From: a virus
Direction: 5' to 3' (one strand)
DNA length: 64,000 nt
IMG/VR virus record: IMGVR_UViG_3300012663_000801
Coordinates: 32,955 to 96,954 of that record
Shown: positions 34,142 through 44,451 of the stretch, piece after piece
How positions within the stretch are numbered: position 1 is the first letter of the stretch
Layout of the letters: every line of letters starts with the position of its first letter
Notes under the pieces: model-generated
Told to the model about the DNA's origin: nothing
Database searches by the model: none
What the model saw: the letters and a program-made list of their open reading frames with translations, nothing else
Translations under genes and position numbers: made by a program

Positions 34142-34804
34142 TTAGATACTATTGATAAATTTTATGATTTGTTGACGAAGATAAGATTCAACATCATGTT
34201 TCGGAAGAACTTTAAGAGACTTTTCAAAATTCTCATATACTTCTCCAAAGGAACCATCTTGATCAACCACGAATGTTTTACTTTCCAGAATACCATTGAC
34301 AAATGCTTTTGGATAAGATGGATCTGCGACAGCATCAATAGCAACCAAATGCATATTTTGGACTAAATTGTAATCACGATTTTCCATCAATTGACCCAGT
34401 GCGCGGGTGGACATCCCAACTTTCACACCATCGTTGATCAAAGCACGAAGAATCTGACCAGTTGGAGTGGATAAAACCTTTGCTTTACCAACGAAATAAT
34501 CATTAACTTCGGTCAATTCAGTGACCAAATGGCAAGCTCTTTCCAAATTAACGTCTGCACTTGTGGGGTGGTTCAATTCACCCATCGCTCTACCCGGAAG
34601 AACCATCTCATTGATGTATCTTTGAACTTCTGTTCTAGTTTCATCGAGACGATACATTCTCTTATTTTTATTAACGCTGTTGCATCCAATAAACGGTCCT
34701 TTCACATAAAGATTGGACGAACTGTTTCTATTAGATTGCTCCTCGATAACTTCAAAATTATCGAAAACATCGGGATTTTCTGCGATCAACTTTAATTTCA
34801 GCAT
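34142..34804 (-). CDS. gp21: Prohead protease
   Basis: NKNKRMY, AMGELNHP, GKAKVLSTPTG, GMSTRALG, DAVADPS. Confidence 0.95.
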   Translation of the reverse strand: MLKLKLIAENPDVFDNFEVIEEQSNRNSSSNLYVKGPFIGCNSVNKNKRMYRLDETRTEVQRYINEMVLPGRAMGELNHPTSADVNLERACHLVTELTEVNDYFVGKAKVLSTPTGQILRALINDGVKVGMSTRALGQLMENRDYNLVQNMHLVAIDAVADPSYPKAFVNGILESKTFVVDQDGSFGEVYENFEKSLKVLPKHDVESYLRQQIIKFINSI

Positions 34805-34839
34805 ATGATATTATTTATGTTTAATGAATGCAAATTCTA

Positions 34840-35304
34840 TTAATTTAACTCTTTTTCGGTAATAATAATGAAGTCCATACCATGTTTTTTTGCGAATTTC
34901 CTCGCAAAATCCCATTTATCACAATTATTCTTCCACATTACTTGCTCATAGAGTAAATTGGATTTCTTTTTTCTTTTGGTAACTTTAGGCTCTTGGGTCT
35001 GTTTCCAAGGTTTAACTTCTATAAGATATTTTTTAACATTATCACCCTCTTTTATTTTGACATAGGCATCGATAAAGTATTTGCGATTTTTCTTTTGAAC
35101 GCTATCGAAATAAGGGATGGCGATCTCTTCACTATTCCATTCTAAAACATTTGCATTATTGTCGGCCCATCGGAACAATTTTAATTCTAAACCAGAGCGA
35201 TATATGATATTATCAAGCTTTCCGATATATTTTTGAGGATTTTTAGGGGAATAAAATCCTTGATGAAATTTACTATTGCGTTTTGATAAACCTAAACTGC
35301 CCAT
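34840..35304 (-). CDS. gp4: Head completion nuclease (TnsA-like)
   Basis: PKNPQKYIG, YRSGLE, WNSEEIAIPY, LIEVKP, IITEKEL. Confidence 0.92.
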   Translation of the reverse strand: MGSLGLSKRNSKFHQGFYSPKNPQKYIGKLDNIIYRSGLELKLFRWADNNANVLEWNSEEIAIPYFDSVQKKNRKYFIDAYVKIKEGDNVKKYLIEVKPWKQTQEPKVTKRKKKSNLLYEQVMWKNNCDKWDFARKFAKKHGMDFIIITEKELN

Positions 35305-35351
35305 TATTTTATTTACTTAATAATGATTCTGAGGGCACAAATCTTATTTCG

Positions 35352-35696
35352 TTACTCTTCTGTGGCAACAGGTGTTTCCTCTACAACAACAGGAATTTCG
35401 TATTTGAAAATATTACCGTCAAATGAATAACCTTGCGGCATGGTTACTATGCAGCGTTCACCTACATTAGTCTTTTCTAACTGCTTGTTTACAGCCAGTC
35501 CTAAATCGGTGTTACCTTGAAATCGTTCAAGAGTTAATGGTATGTCACTATTGATACTGTCAAGGATGATTTGAGGGTCACGATTCCAGAACTTATGGTA
35601 GCATTCATTCTGAGTGATTGCATAATGACGAGCCGCTTTAGTTTGAATTATAGCAAGCTCTCTATTATATTGTGTTGATGTTAATGCTTCGATCAT
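35352..35696 (-). CDS. Hypothetical late protein, possible fibre chaperone
   Basis: Follows fibre-like genes; TAAATA-N5-ATG. Confidence 0.6.
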   Translation of the reverse strand: MIEALTSTQYNRELAIIQTKAARHYAITQNECYHKFWNRDPQIILDSINSDIPLTLERFQGNTDLGLAVNKQLEKTNVGERCIVTMPQGYSFDGNIFKYEIPVVVEETPVATEE

Positions 35697-35704
35697 AATA
35701 ATAT

Positions 35705-36727
35705 TTATCCTATTATTTCTGATTCTATATAACTACCCGGTAAAATAGAACCAGATAGACTGCCAGCATATACCCCCCAAGTTACATTCATATTACCGTT
35801 AGCTGTAGGTTTTATTACCAAATCAATATTAACAGATTGAACTGCGCCCAAGCCAGTATTTATTATACCAAAAGTTACAAATGGATTGTTAGTACTAATA
35901 AAGGTAGTAGACACTACATTGCCGGATCTGAATAAAAATCCTCTTACAAAATCATATGCTGGACCATTTAACCCAGCATCCATTTGAGCACTACTAAGAC
36001 CGGAGAATGCTAAAAAGTATTTCATTCTATACGTATTCCCAGCTATTACTGGAAGTGTAAGCAGAGGATCGGCTGTGGGAGTAGCAACAGGTCTTGTAAG
36101 AGTTGTTGTTCTTATGACTCTCTGTATACCTGTTAAATTCGTAACAGAATAACCTGTGCTCCCTGATAAATTACTTACAATCGTTCCACCGCTAATTGCT
36201 GGTGAAGTTAAAGTTGGATTATTAGCAAAAACATTAGCTCCAGTTCCAGTGTCATCTGTTAACGCTGCTCTTAAGTTATCACTCGTTGGTGTTTGTAAAA
36301 ATGCGGCAACTCCAGTTCCAAGTGAAGATAATCCTGTGCCACCAGAACTAGCTGCAAGAGGGGTAGTTGCAAGAGTTAACCCAGCTGCCGATACACTAGC
36401 GAAAAGAGTATTATCATTGGTTCTAAATTGAAGCGTTCCGTCAGATGGTGAGTAGATTCTTGATCGTCCTAGAATACTTAACGAACCAGCAGCGGCGCAT
36501 GATACGTTACCAGCACTACTTTGAATGTTGTTTGTGACAGTAAGTGTGCTGCTGAATGTGGCAGCACCTGTGACAGTAAGTGTATTACCAAACGCAACTG
36601 CACCTGTGATATTAAGTGTGTTACTAGAACTAATCGCTTTTGTAAGCGTAATCAATGCCTGCGCATTTAAATTAGTTTGCGCTGCGTTATCTGCTAAAAC
36701 TGATGATGTTACTTTTGTTATTGCCAT
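35705..36727 (-). CDS. Fibre-like virion protein
   Basis: LTVTGA repeats, GGTGLSSLGTGV, TDDTGTG..VFA..PTL. Confidence 0.75.
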   Translation of the reverse strand: MAITKVTSSVLADNAAQTNLNAQALITLTKAISSSNTLNITGAVAFGNTLTVTGAATFSSTLTVTNNIQSSAGNVSCAAAGSLSILGRSRIYSPSDGTLQFRTNDNTLFASVSAAGLTLATTPLAASSGGTGLSSLGTGVAAFLQTPTSDNLRAALTDDTGTGANVFANNPTLTSPAISGGTIVSNLSGSTGYSVTNLTGIQRVIRTTTLTRPVATPTADPLLTLPVIAGNTYRMKYFLAFSGLSSAQMDAGLNGPAYDFVRGFLFRSGNVVSTTFISTNNPFVTFGIINTGLGAVQSVNIDLVIKPTANGNMNVTWGVYAGSLSGSILPGSYIESEIIG

Positions 36728-36729
36728 AA

Positions 36730-39300
36730 TTAGTATAATTTAGTGATTTCGATATACGATCCCGCTTTTCTCGTTAATGTATTACCAGCCGTCGATGGAC
36801 CCCAACCTAGAGTTAAACGACCTGAAGTTGCAGTTGTTATAGTGCCTTCATATCTTACACCCTGTCTACTATTTGTCATAGCGATGCAAGAACCAAGTGA
36901 TTGAAATGGCGTTGCTCCTAACACAACACTTGCTGATATATAGCTATTTGTTCTGGAATGAAATAATGTATAGTCAGCTAAATTAAATGTTCCGAGTAAT
37001 TGTCCAAATGGACCTGTGCTAGTTCCAGTAAAATAAAAAACGACGTTTATTAGATATGTCGTATTAGCTTCAAGGTTTACACTTAAAACCAAATCAGGAT
37101 TACGGCTTGCTGGGTGTGAAATAGTATCATCGGTAGTTGCTATTATACGTGTAAACTGACCAAAGGTGCTATCTAAATAGCCTTTTGTGACCACACTGGC
37201 GCTACTAGTAACATTTTGATTCGGAGCAAAAACTTGACCCAATAATGTCGGATCACTTATAGAAACACCACCAGCGATCTTAGAGCTTGTCACACTGCCA
37301 TCTGAAGGCACCATTTGAGCGGCTTGTATTGCATTAGTTGGTGATATAACTACAGCCTTTGAACCGTTTGGTAGAGGTGATGTAAATGTGATCTGATTAC
37401 TACTTACATTATAATCAACAGCAGGTTCTTGTAAAGCACCATCAATAGCAACAATCAAAGCAGATGGATTAATAAGATTGTTAGCTCCGCTAATCGCAAA
37501 TGTTGAAAGAGTGCCATCACCAGTTAGTGTTGTTCTTACTGGATCTACAACTGTTGCTATAGCGTTTCCTGATATAGTTGGTGTTGATGTAAAGTTCTTC
37601 ACACCTGATATATCTTGTGCTCCTGTATTATAAACTAAATTAGTCCCATAAACGGCAGCGTTAGAACTAACACTACCCTGAATTGTGCAATCACCAGTTA
37701 CATTGAAACCAGACAATTCGTATTGCTTGATGTCAATGACTGTGATGTTAGCAGATAAAGCATCCAACTGAGATGTGAAAATACGATCAGCTGAAAGTGT
37801 GTTTCTTACAGTTAGATCTCCCGTGATAGTTCCACCTGATAGCGGTAGATAATCTCCTGATGGTATGGTAATTCCGAGATACTCACTCGCCGAAATAGAC
37901 CCCAGAATAGTCAGATTGCCATTCATTGTGCCACCGTCTTGATATTGAGTGGCGTTTGTTCCGCCGCCTGATGCATAAACTGCTATATATTTTCTTAAAT
38001 CTGTCTTATAATTTTCAAATTTATCATGAATTTTTTTATTCCAATCCTTTTCAATGGAGTCCCAATCCTTTACGATTGGTCCACCTTTTTTGGATTCTAA
38101 AATATATTCGACAGGTTTTTCATCCTTAATTTTACGAATTTCGGAAAGCAGATTACCTCTACTTTCTTCAATAAGATTGAAGAAATATTTCCTCGCTTCG
38201 TCTGTAATATCAAGAGTTTCTTCTTTAACCAAAGATAATTTCTCATCGAAATACTGAGCGATTTCTTGCTCAGTATCTGTTATTTTTTTATCAAATTTTT
38301 CCGTAATCTCGACGATTCTCTTATCGATATTACCAACTCGGGACAATGCCTTTTGAACGCCTTTGTTTAAGGAATTATTAAGTTCAATGTTGGCATCACG
38401 AATCGCGTCCAATTCTTTATTAACACCTTCGATTAAAGAAACATCTGCCTTTTGATTCAACTTATTGTTGAGATTTTTATCAATTTCCGATACCTTATCA
38501 ACAATTTCCTCTGCAATATTTTTTAATTCATTATCAACTTTCGGATTGATATTGCTTTCATATAATTCTTTGACTAATTGTTTGACGGATTTATCAATTA
38601 GTTTGGAAGAATTTTGGAAGTTCTTTTTGAGAGATTCGTTTAAATTATCCGCGATATCTTTAATTTTCAGATCGACACTTTCGCGAATCTCATCCAATTT
38701 ATCATCATTATTAAAAATTAATTCTTTTTTAATTTTTTCGGAGATGTTTGTGAATTCATCTACCAAATTTTCTCTAGCAGATTCCAAATATTTCGCGAGA
38801 GCCTTTTCCTTTTTCTTACTCTCATTTTTGATATTTTGGATTTTTCTCGACTCATTTTGTTCAAGAATCTCCATAGACTTCTTGATAGCGTCTCTCTTCA
38901 CTCTCTTTATTTCTTCGATGATCTCTTGTTTCTTATCTTCAATAATTTCAATATTATCAAAAGATTGTTCAACAATTTCGACTATCTCTTCATCTTCGAC
39001 TTCTTCAATCGTGATGTTCGATTCAAAGATTTCGACTGCTTCGCTTTCCGAATTGAAATAAATTTCTTGTTTTCCTTTTAAAAGTAGGAAAGGGTATTGT
39101 GCCGTAATGCCTCCATCTTCGACAACAACAGAAATAATTGGATTTCCGTTTTCTTCGGAAATCTTTTCGGCCACATATTTATTTTCGTTTATCTGCACCT
39201 CAAAAACACCGAAAAAGACTTCTTGGAAATCTTTAACCTGAAGGATGTTTCGAGGAGAGTTAGACGAGGTAATTTTCACCTCTTCGCTAAACAGTCTCAT
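36730..39300 (-). CDS. Coiled-coil plus fibre-like virion protein, 856 aa
   Basis: About 370 aa of E/K coiled coil, then SGGGTNA, YLPLSGGTITGDL, IDGALQEP..DY. Confidence 0.75.
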   Translation of the reverse strand: MRLFSEEVKITSSNSPRNILQVKDFQEVFFGVFEVQINENKYVAEKISEENGNPIISVVVEDGGITAQYPFLLLKGKQEIYFNSESEAVEIFESNITIEEVEDEEIVEIVEQSFDNIEIIEDKKQEIIEEIKRVKRDAIKKSMEILEQNESRKIQNIKNESKKKEKALAKYLESARENLVDEFTNISEKIKKELIFNNDDKLDEIRESVDLKIKDIADNLNESLKKNFQNSSKLIDKSVKQLVKELYESNINPKVDNELKNIAEEIVDKVSEIDKNLNNKLNQKADVSLIEGVNKELDAIRDANIELNNSLNKGVQKALSRVGNIDKRIVEITEKFDKKITDTEQEIAQYFDEKLSLVKEETLDITDEARKYFFNLIEESRGNLLSEIRKIKDEKPVEYILESKKGGPIVKDWDSIEKDWNKKIHDKFENYKTDLRKYIAVYASGGGTNATQYQDGGTMNGNLTILGSISASEYLGITIPSGDYLPLSGGTITGDLTVRNTLSADRIFTSQLDALSANITVIDIKQYELSGFNVTGDCTIQGSVSSNAAVYGTNLVYNTGAQDISGVKNFTSTPTISGNAIATVVDPVRTTLTGDGTLSTFAISGANNLINPSALIVAIDGALQEPAVDYNVSSNQITFTSPLPNGSKAVVISPTNAIQAAQMVPSDGSVTSSKIAGGVSISDPTLLGQVFAPNQNVTSSASVVTKGYLDSTFGQFTRIIATTDDTISHPASRNPDLVLSVNLEANTTYLINVVFYFTGTSTGPFGQLLGTFNLADYTLFHSRTNSYISASVVLGATPFQSLGSCIAMTNSRQGVRYEGTITTATSGRLTLGWGPSTAGNTLTRKAGSYIEITKLY

Positions 39301-39342
39301 TTTTTATATTTAGTCAAATGGTTATTATGTCAATGGGAATTA

Positions 39343-40485
39343 TTAGAACACTGAGAATCCAACCGGATCGAAATCTCCATAGCCACCTTCGATTAAGAAT
39401 TGTTCTAATTCTTTTTTCTCTGCAACACCTTCTGACAAAATAGAATCACCATTGATAGATCCGCCACCGGGTAAACCGACTCCACTGATTTTGGTGAGGA
39501 TTCTACCCCACATGACTTTACATAAAGCAGTAGCATAATCTAGCACCCATTTTTCTTTCACCAAATCTCTAAGTGGTTTCTCGACGTAACACTCTAAAAG
39601 ACCATAAAATGTGGTGTTTTTTGGTTGTGGCAGCAAACGTAAATATTGTGTTCTTGGATCGAAATGAATGTCTCTTCTAGTGGCAAACATTTTTTCTCTA
39701 GTATCGATCCAATCTTTCACAGTATGCCAAGACAGAATATCGAATCCATAATTCCCAAGCGAGTAAGCATGATACGATTGCTGTGCCATGGTTTGCTCCA
39801 CCGAGAATAATGTATTCACACCAGTTGTAGATCCTTCTTCGAATGAAATAACATCGACAACTTTTCTATAATCCATGATATCATAATCAAACATATTATT
39901 GAATGTTTGGACATCTTCTTTTGGCTCACATTGAACGGTGAAGGGTTTTTGATATGATTCTTTGAATAGAGCACTCAAGGACGGATTAAATCCGATAAGA
40001 GAATCATACGTCGCTTTATCTATAATCTGCATCGATGATATTCCATCAGATGGGACCACGGCACTCAAAGCCGAAGATGATGCGAAATAAGAATTTGGAA
40101 TTGTCGAGAGAGATACATAAAGACTCTCTGGTATTTTGATTTCATAATCAGGATTTGGCCCGATGGTCTTATTATTCAATTTTTCCGATGGGGTATAACC
40201 TGAATTTGCAACAGAGAAAAGTGTATCAAGACGAATTCCCTTATTGCCTTCATACAATCGGCTATCAAAAATAACATATTCTTTCGAATAACCCGCATAT
40301 TTCGTGTAAAAATCAGTAGCCATTGAAATCGCTTCATGGAGTTGATCATAATGCAGTTCCACGTTAATCATGGGGTGTCCCAAAAGTCTCAGAATTCTTT
40401 CACCTAAACGTTGATAACACTCAATCTTTGAATTGAGATTGGTGGACATGAAAGCTGAAATCGGTTCAATTTGACAAAGACTCAT
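39343..40485 (-). CDS. gp13: Neck protein
   Basis: LRLLGHPMINVEL..DQL, WVLDYATALCK..WG..L.K..G..LPGGG.ING. Confidence 0.9.
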   Translation of the reverse strand: MSLCQIEPISAFMSTNLNSKIECYQRLGERILRLLGHPMINVELHYDQLHEAISMATDFYTKYAGYSKEYVIFDSRLYEGNKGIRLDTLFSVANSGYTPSEKLNNKTIGPNPDYEIKIPESLYVSLSTIPNSYFASSSALSAVVPSDGISSMQIIDKATYDSLIGFNPSLSALFKESYQKPFTVQCEPKEDVQTFNNMFDYDIMDYRKVVDVISFEEGSTTGVNTLFSVEQTMAQQSYHAYSLGNYGFDILSWHTVKDWIDTREKMFATRRDIHFDPRTQYLRLLPQPKNTTFYGLLECYVEKPLRDLVKEKWVLDYATALCKVMWGRILTKISGVGLPGGGSINGDSILSEGVAEKKELEQFLIEGGYGDFDPVGFSVF

Positions 40486-40513
40486 GGAATTATTTAATAC
40501 GCTAAATAATAAT

Positions 40514-40810
40514 ATGTCATTTGAATCGAATAATAGTTCTGTTTATTATCAACTTTCCTGCGGTGTCCCCACTGTTTCAGGCTGGAATGCTAATAGTAAC
40601 AACAGTTCTAAATATTATTATATTTCTTCCAATGATTTCATACTTTGGGGTCAAGGCACTGTTTTCACGCAATCATCCGCCAATAATACCAATCAATATT
40701 ATTTCTATGTGTGTGACAGATCTACCGATACTGGTTGGTCTTCGTTGTCCAATAATGGGACTAAATTTTATTACAGTTCTGCGTTAAATTGTATTAGCTT
40801 TTGTGGATAA
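40514..40810 (+). CDS. Small Ser/Asn/Tyr-rich late protein with internal duplication, start 40514
   Basis: TAAATA-N5-ATG; GW....NN..KYYY motif twice. Confidence 0.65.
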   Translation: MSFESNNSSVYYQLSCGVPTVSGWNANSNNSSKYYYISSNDFILWGQGTVFTQSSANNTNQYYFYVCDRSTDTGWSSLSNNGTKFYYSSALNCISFCG

Positions 40811-40818
40811 ATAATATT

Positions 40819-41493
40819 ATGAATTTATGGATTTTTCTAACACAAAACGCTCAGACTATTTCAATTCTTATTGGAATATTCAGCACTTTTGTAATTTTTT
40901 TTAAAAGAATAAAAAAATATATTGCCAAAAAATACGAACAGCATAAAATTTATTCCAGATCTAAACACGAAATACCGGAGATTTTACAAGAAATCAAATC
41001 GGGTATCGATAATTTAGACGCACGTTTGAAAAATGTGGAGTATGAAATCTCTCCAAACGGGGGAGGTTCCATGAAAGATTCTTTAAAAATCATAAAAGCT
41101 GAAGTGGAAGCGATGTTCTGGTTGAACCCGAAACCATCTTTTCGCACTACTTCAAAAGCGTTGAACATTCAAGTGAATGAAGCATATTGTCATCTATGTG
41201 GCACGGCATCGGAAGAATTGCTTCGATTGAATTGGAAGAATTTCATAGAAGATGCTGATCAATTAGATGATTACATGCGTAGATGGGAAGAATCGACTAA
41301 TGCGTTCTCACAATTCTCTGGTAAATTAAAATTCAAAAATTCTCTCGGGGAATATATGGGAGAATGGTTAGTGAAAGTCCGTCCTCTCGGATCAATAGAA
41401 GAAGGTAAAGAATATTTATGGCACGGGACAATTTACCCCATGGATCAAAAATCGAAGGAATATGCCAGAAATTTCAATATTCCCCTAAATTAA
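40819..41493 (+). CDS. Membrane protein with PAS-like domain, start 40819
   Basis: N-terminal TM, PNGGGSMKD, VNEAYCHLCG...EELL..NWKNFI; TAAATA-N5-ATG. Confidence 0.7.
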   Translation: MNLWIFLTQNAQTISILIGIFSTFVIFFKRIKKYIAKKYEQHKIYSRSKHEIPEILQEIKSGIDNLDARLKNVEYEISPNGGGSMKDSLKIIKAEVEAMFWLNPKPSFRTTSKALNIQVNEAYCHLCGTASEELLRLNWKNFIEDADQLDDYMRRWEESTNAFSQFSGKLKFKNSLGEYMGEWLVKVRPLGSIEEGKEYLWHGTIYPMDQKSKEYARNFNIPLN

Positions 41494-41503
41494 GAATTTG
41501 AAG

Positions 41504-43327
41504 TTAAACTTCTGGTTCAGGAACTTCAGCAGTTTCTGCTGGTGGTGCTTCTGCTTCAGCACCCAGATCGGCTTCTCCACCACCAACGGTAGCACCTGCT
41601 CCTCCGAAGTCTGGGGGCATTCCACCACCACCGCCGCCACCACCTAAGTCGCCCATATCGCCACCTTCTCCACCCATGGCACCTTCAGCCTGTTGAGCAG
41701 CGATCTCCTTCCAATTGGGGCCATTGGATTTAATCTGTTCGATTTCGTATAAGAATTCAGCTTCGTTTCGCAAGAAGTGGCGATTAGCCAGAATATCCGA
41801 ATCTTTCCAATCCAAATACTTTTTCATGGCAAAGGTTTTGGAGACAAATTCGCTGTTTGTAATACTGGTGAAGGTATTGATTTTCAATTCGAGCTTCTGA
41901 CTTTCTCTCATGTCATAGAAATTCGTCGGAACGTTGAATTCTACGCGAATATTATCTTCGAAAAGATCATATTCATCGAACATGTCTTTGAATTTGAGAT
42001 GGGTGATGAAAGCTCGTTTAATACCTTGGGCAAATCTCTGTTGCTGGCGAATGATCATCTTCGCGAATTTAAGTTCTTCGCGAAGCATTTCGGTTCCGTC
42101 ACTATAACCTGTTTCATTATTGAGACGAGAAGTAGGAGCCTTCAAAGAACGATAAAGTTTCTTGATGAACCAATCGAGAACATCCATATTACCATCGGAT
42201 GGTTGACCACCGAATGTTTCAACAGTTGTCGCTTCTTGTCCCTGTCTTTTAGCAAACCAGAAAGAATCCAGAGTGGATTGAGGTGCATATTTCTTGACAA
42301 TATCGCTTTGATCCAAATCGAAAGTCTTAGTGGACCAATATTGCGATTGCAATTTTCTCAGATATGCTTCAGCTTGTGGGACGGGTAATCTACCCACATC
42401 AACATTGAACAAGAATCGAAGAGGAGCATGAACCATTCTATGGATCACAACACTGTCTTCAATCATCGAAAGTTGTCTGTAAGCTCTACGACAATTCTCA
42501 ATGAAAGGGATAATGAAATCTTTAGTCTCATTATATTGTCCGCTATTCACATACAGAACTTGGTTCTTTTCAAATGGAATGTATTCGTAGCGTTCAACTT
42601 TTCTATTGTCAACACTCGAAAAAATCGGCTTTTTGTAGATAAATGCCTTGACTAACATCGTTTGGATGTTGTCATAAACAGGATCGAATTGATCAGCGGG
42701 GAGATTCTTGATCGCGACAACACCTTGTTTGATATAATCCTCTTTGAGGATCAATTCGAAAAAGAGTTCACCTTCGACAAGAAATTGTCTAAAATAATTC
42801 CATCCATTATCTTCCATTTCCATCATGGAAATAAAACGAGAAAATTCTTTCTGTAAATCTTCCTTCTTCTCTGAATCCAAATCAGTATTTCGAAATTCCA
42901 ACGTCACGATTTCACCATTTTCATCAACGTTGATCGTTTCATCGCAAATTTCATCTAAGGCATCAGCAACCTCCGAATAAGCAGCAATCATGCGGTAGTC
43001 TCTAAGACGACCGGGCTTTTCCTCGGAAGCTTGAGAATACATCAAATCCGTGAAGGACTTGTCTTGGTAAATGGCTGAAAACGCTGTGCCATTCCAATCA
43101 TTATTGAGAGCTACCGAATTTTTCGCAATAGCTTCAGGTCTGCGTAATCCAATTTTCTGGAAATATTTATATTTCGTGTTTTTCGCCTCATCGGGTGATT
43201 GTTGGATGAAATTACCACGATTCTTCAAATAGGATTGCATATTCCTATCAAAAGTAGAGCCTTTACCATCACTCCCTTGATATTGTTTATTTGAAGATGG
43301 TGTTGTTGAACTGCCGATACCCGCCAT
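41504..43327 (-). CDS. gp20: Portal protein
   Basis: YSEVADALDEICDE, QLSMIEDSVVIHR, FNVDVGRLP, LYRSLKAPTSRL, REELKF. Confidence 0.96.
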   Translation of the reverse strand: MAGIGSSTTPSSNKQYQGSDGKGSTFDRNMQSYLKNRGNFIQQSPDEAKNTKYKYFQKIGLRRPEAIAKNSVALNNDWNGTAFSAIYQDKSFTDLMYSQASEEKPGRLRDYRMIAAYSEVADALDEICDETINVDENGEIVTLEFRNTDLDSEKKEDLQKEFSRFISMMEMEDNGWNYFRQFLVEGELFFELILKEDYIKQGVVAIKNLPADQFDPVYDNIQTMLVKAFIYKKPIFSSVDNRKVERYEYIPFEKNQVLYVNSGQYNETKDFIIPFIENCRRAYRQLSMIEDSVVIHRMVHAPLRFLFNVDVGRLPVPQAEAYLRKLQSQYWSTKTFDLDQSDIVKKYAPQSTLDSFWFAKRQGQEATTVETFGGQPSDGNMDVLDWFIKKLYRSLKAPTSRLNNETGYSDGTEMLREELKFAKMIIRQQQRFAQGIKRAFITHLKFKDMFDEYDLFEDNIRVEFNVPTNFYDMRESQKLELKINTFTSITNSEFVSKTFAMKKYLDWKDSDILANRHFLRNEAEFLYEIEQIKSNGPNWKEIAAQQAEGAMGGEGGDMGDLGGGGGGGGMPPDFGGAGATVGGGEADLGAEAEAPPAETAEVPEPEV

Positions 43328-43356
43328 ACTTATTATTTAATCTAATAACTCAAATA

Positions 43357-44436
43357 TCAAGTGGAACTAACCCATCCTGCATCATTAGCAGTCACGAACA
43401 CCGCATTACCAGTAAAATTATTAAAATAATTAGAACTTAGAGAAATTGTGGCGATATTATCATTCACGAGATTGATCACATTCTCTGGTAATTGGTATGC
43501 GGAAATCGCGGGGAACTTGGCAGTTACAATCTTTTTATATGTCAGTTCGGGAATATTTTTATTCGCCGACAAATACCAAGTATTGTTATAGTCAAATCGC
43601 TTCCCATAGAATTGGAAATTTCTTTCATTCAATTCGGAAACAATCAATGAATCTCCTTGGTGGATACCATTGATGAAATAATTTGTAAATTCTGGATACG
43701 CGCTGATGGATATCGAATCTGTTTCGACGCCTTCTGCACTGATAGCATCGAACAAATTATACTCGCAAAATTTGTTGTTTATTGGGAGAGCGTGGAGATC
43801 AGCATTAACCACGTAAATTGGTGCTTGGGTCTGGTTATAATCCTTGAACAACCAACCCTTTAATGTAAATGAAGTGGAAGCGGAAATTCTCCATTTTGTA
43901 TCGGGTGATAAATCTTTGGGATTCTCGTAAGAAATATCACCCGACCACTGAATTTCAGAGCGGATCTCATCGAGAAACGGTAAGTTAAATTTCTCAGGAA
44001 CTTTCCACGAAACAATGATATATGGGTTACAATTTACAACGAAATTTTGAATAATTTGATCCAAATCTTCCTTGAAGTAACATATAATATTGACATCCAA
44101 TGAGATATTTATTGGAATCGGTGTCGGGATTTTAGCCAATCTATTGCTAGAATCCAATTGTTTTCTATACAGGAATTGATCCTTATTGGAAATTCTGCTT
44201 GGATCGCGAGCCAAGCTGGTTTGTTCGATTGTGACTACTGGTAATGTAAGCGTTTTGGCCCGGTCGCTCAAATCATGTAGAACACGGTGCTTGGGGCCAT
44301 TAACATATCGAACATCTATTCTCTCCTTAGCCTGTCTAGTGTTGGCATCATATCGATACACGAAGGCATCGTCAAATGCCGCTACGAACAAATTGAGGAG
44401 TTGGGAATTTTCAAAGAAATAACTGTAATCACGCAT
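43357..44436 (-). CDS. gp15: Tail terminator/sheath stabiliser-like protein
   Basis: YVNGPKHR, LTLPVV, PIPINI, DLDQIIQNF, FTLKGWLF. Confidence 0.8.
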   Translation of the reverse strand: MRDYSYFFENSQLLNLFVAAFDDAFVYRYDANTRQAKERIDVRYVNGPKHRVLHDLSDRAKTLTLPVVTIEQTSLARDPSRISNKDQFLYRKQLDSSNRLAKIPTPIPINISLDVNIICYFKEDLDQIIQNFVVNCNPYIIVSWKVPEKFNLPFLDEIRSEIQWSGDISYENPKDLSPDTKWRISASTSFTLKGWLFKDYNQTQAPIYVVNADLHALPINNKFCEYNLFDAISAEGVETDSISISAYPEFTNYFINGIHQGDSLIVSELNERNFQFYGKRFDYNNTWYLSANKNIPELTYKKIVTAKFPAISAYQLPENVINLVNDNIATISLSSNYFNNFTGNAVFVTANDAGWVSST

Positions 44437-44451
44437 TACAGTATTACTTAA

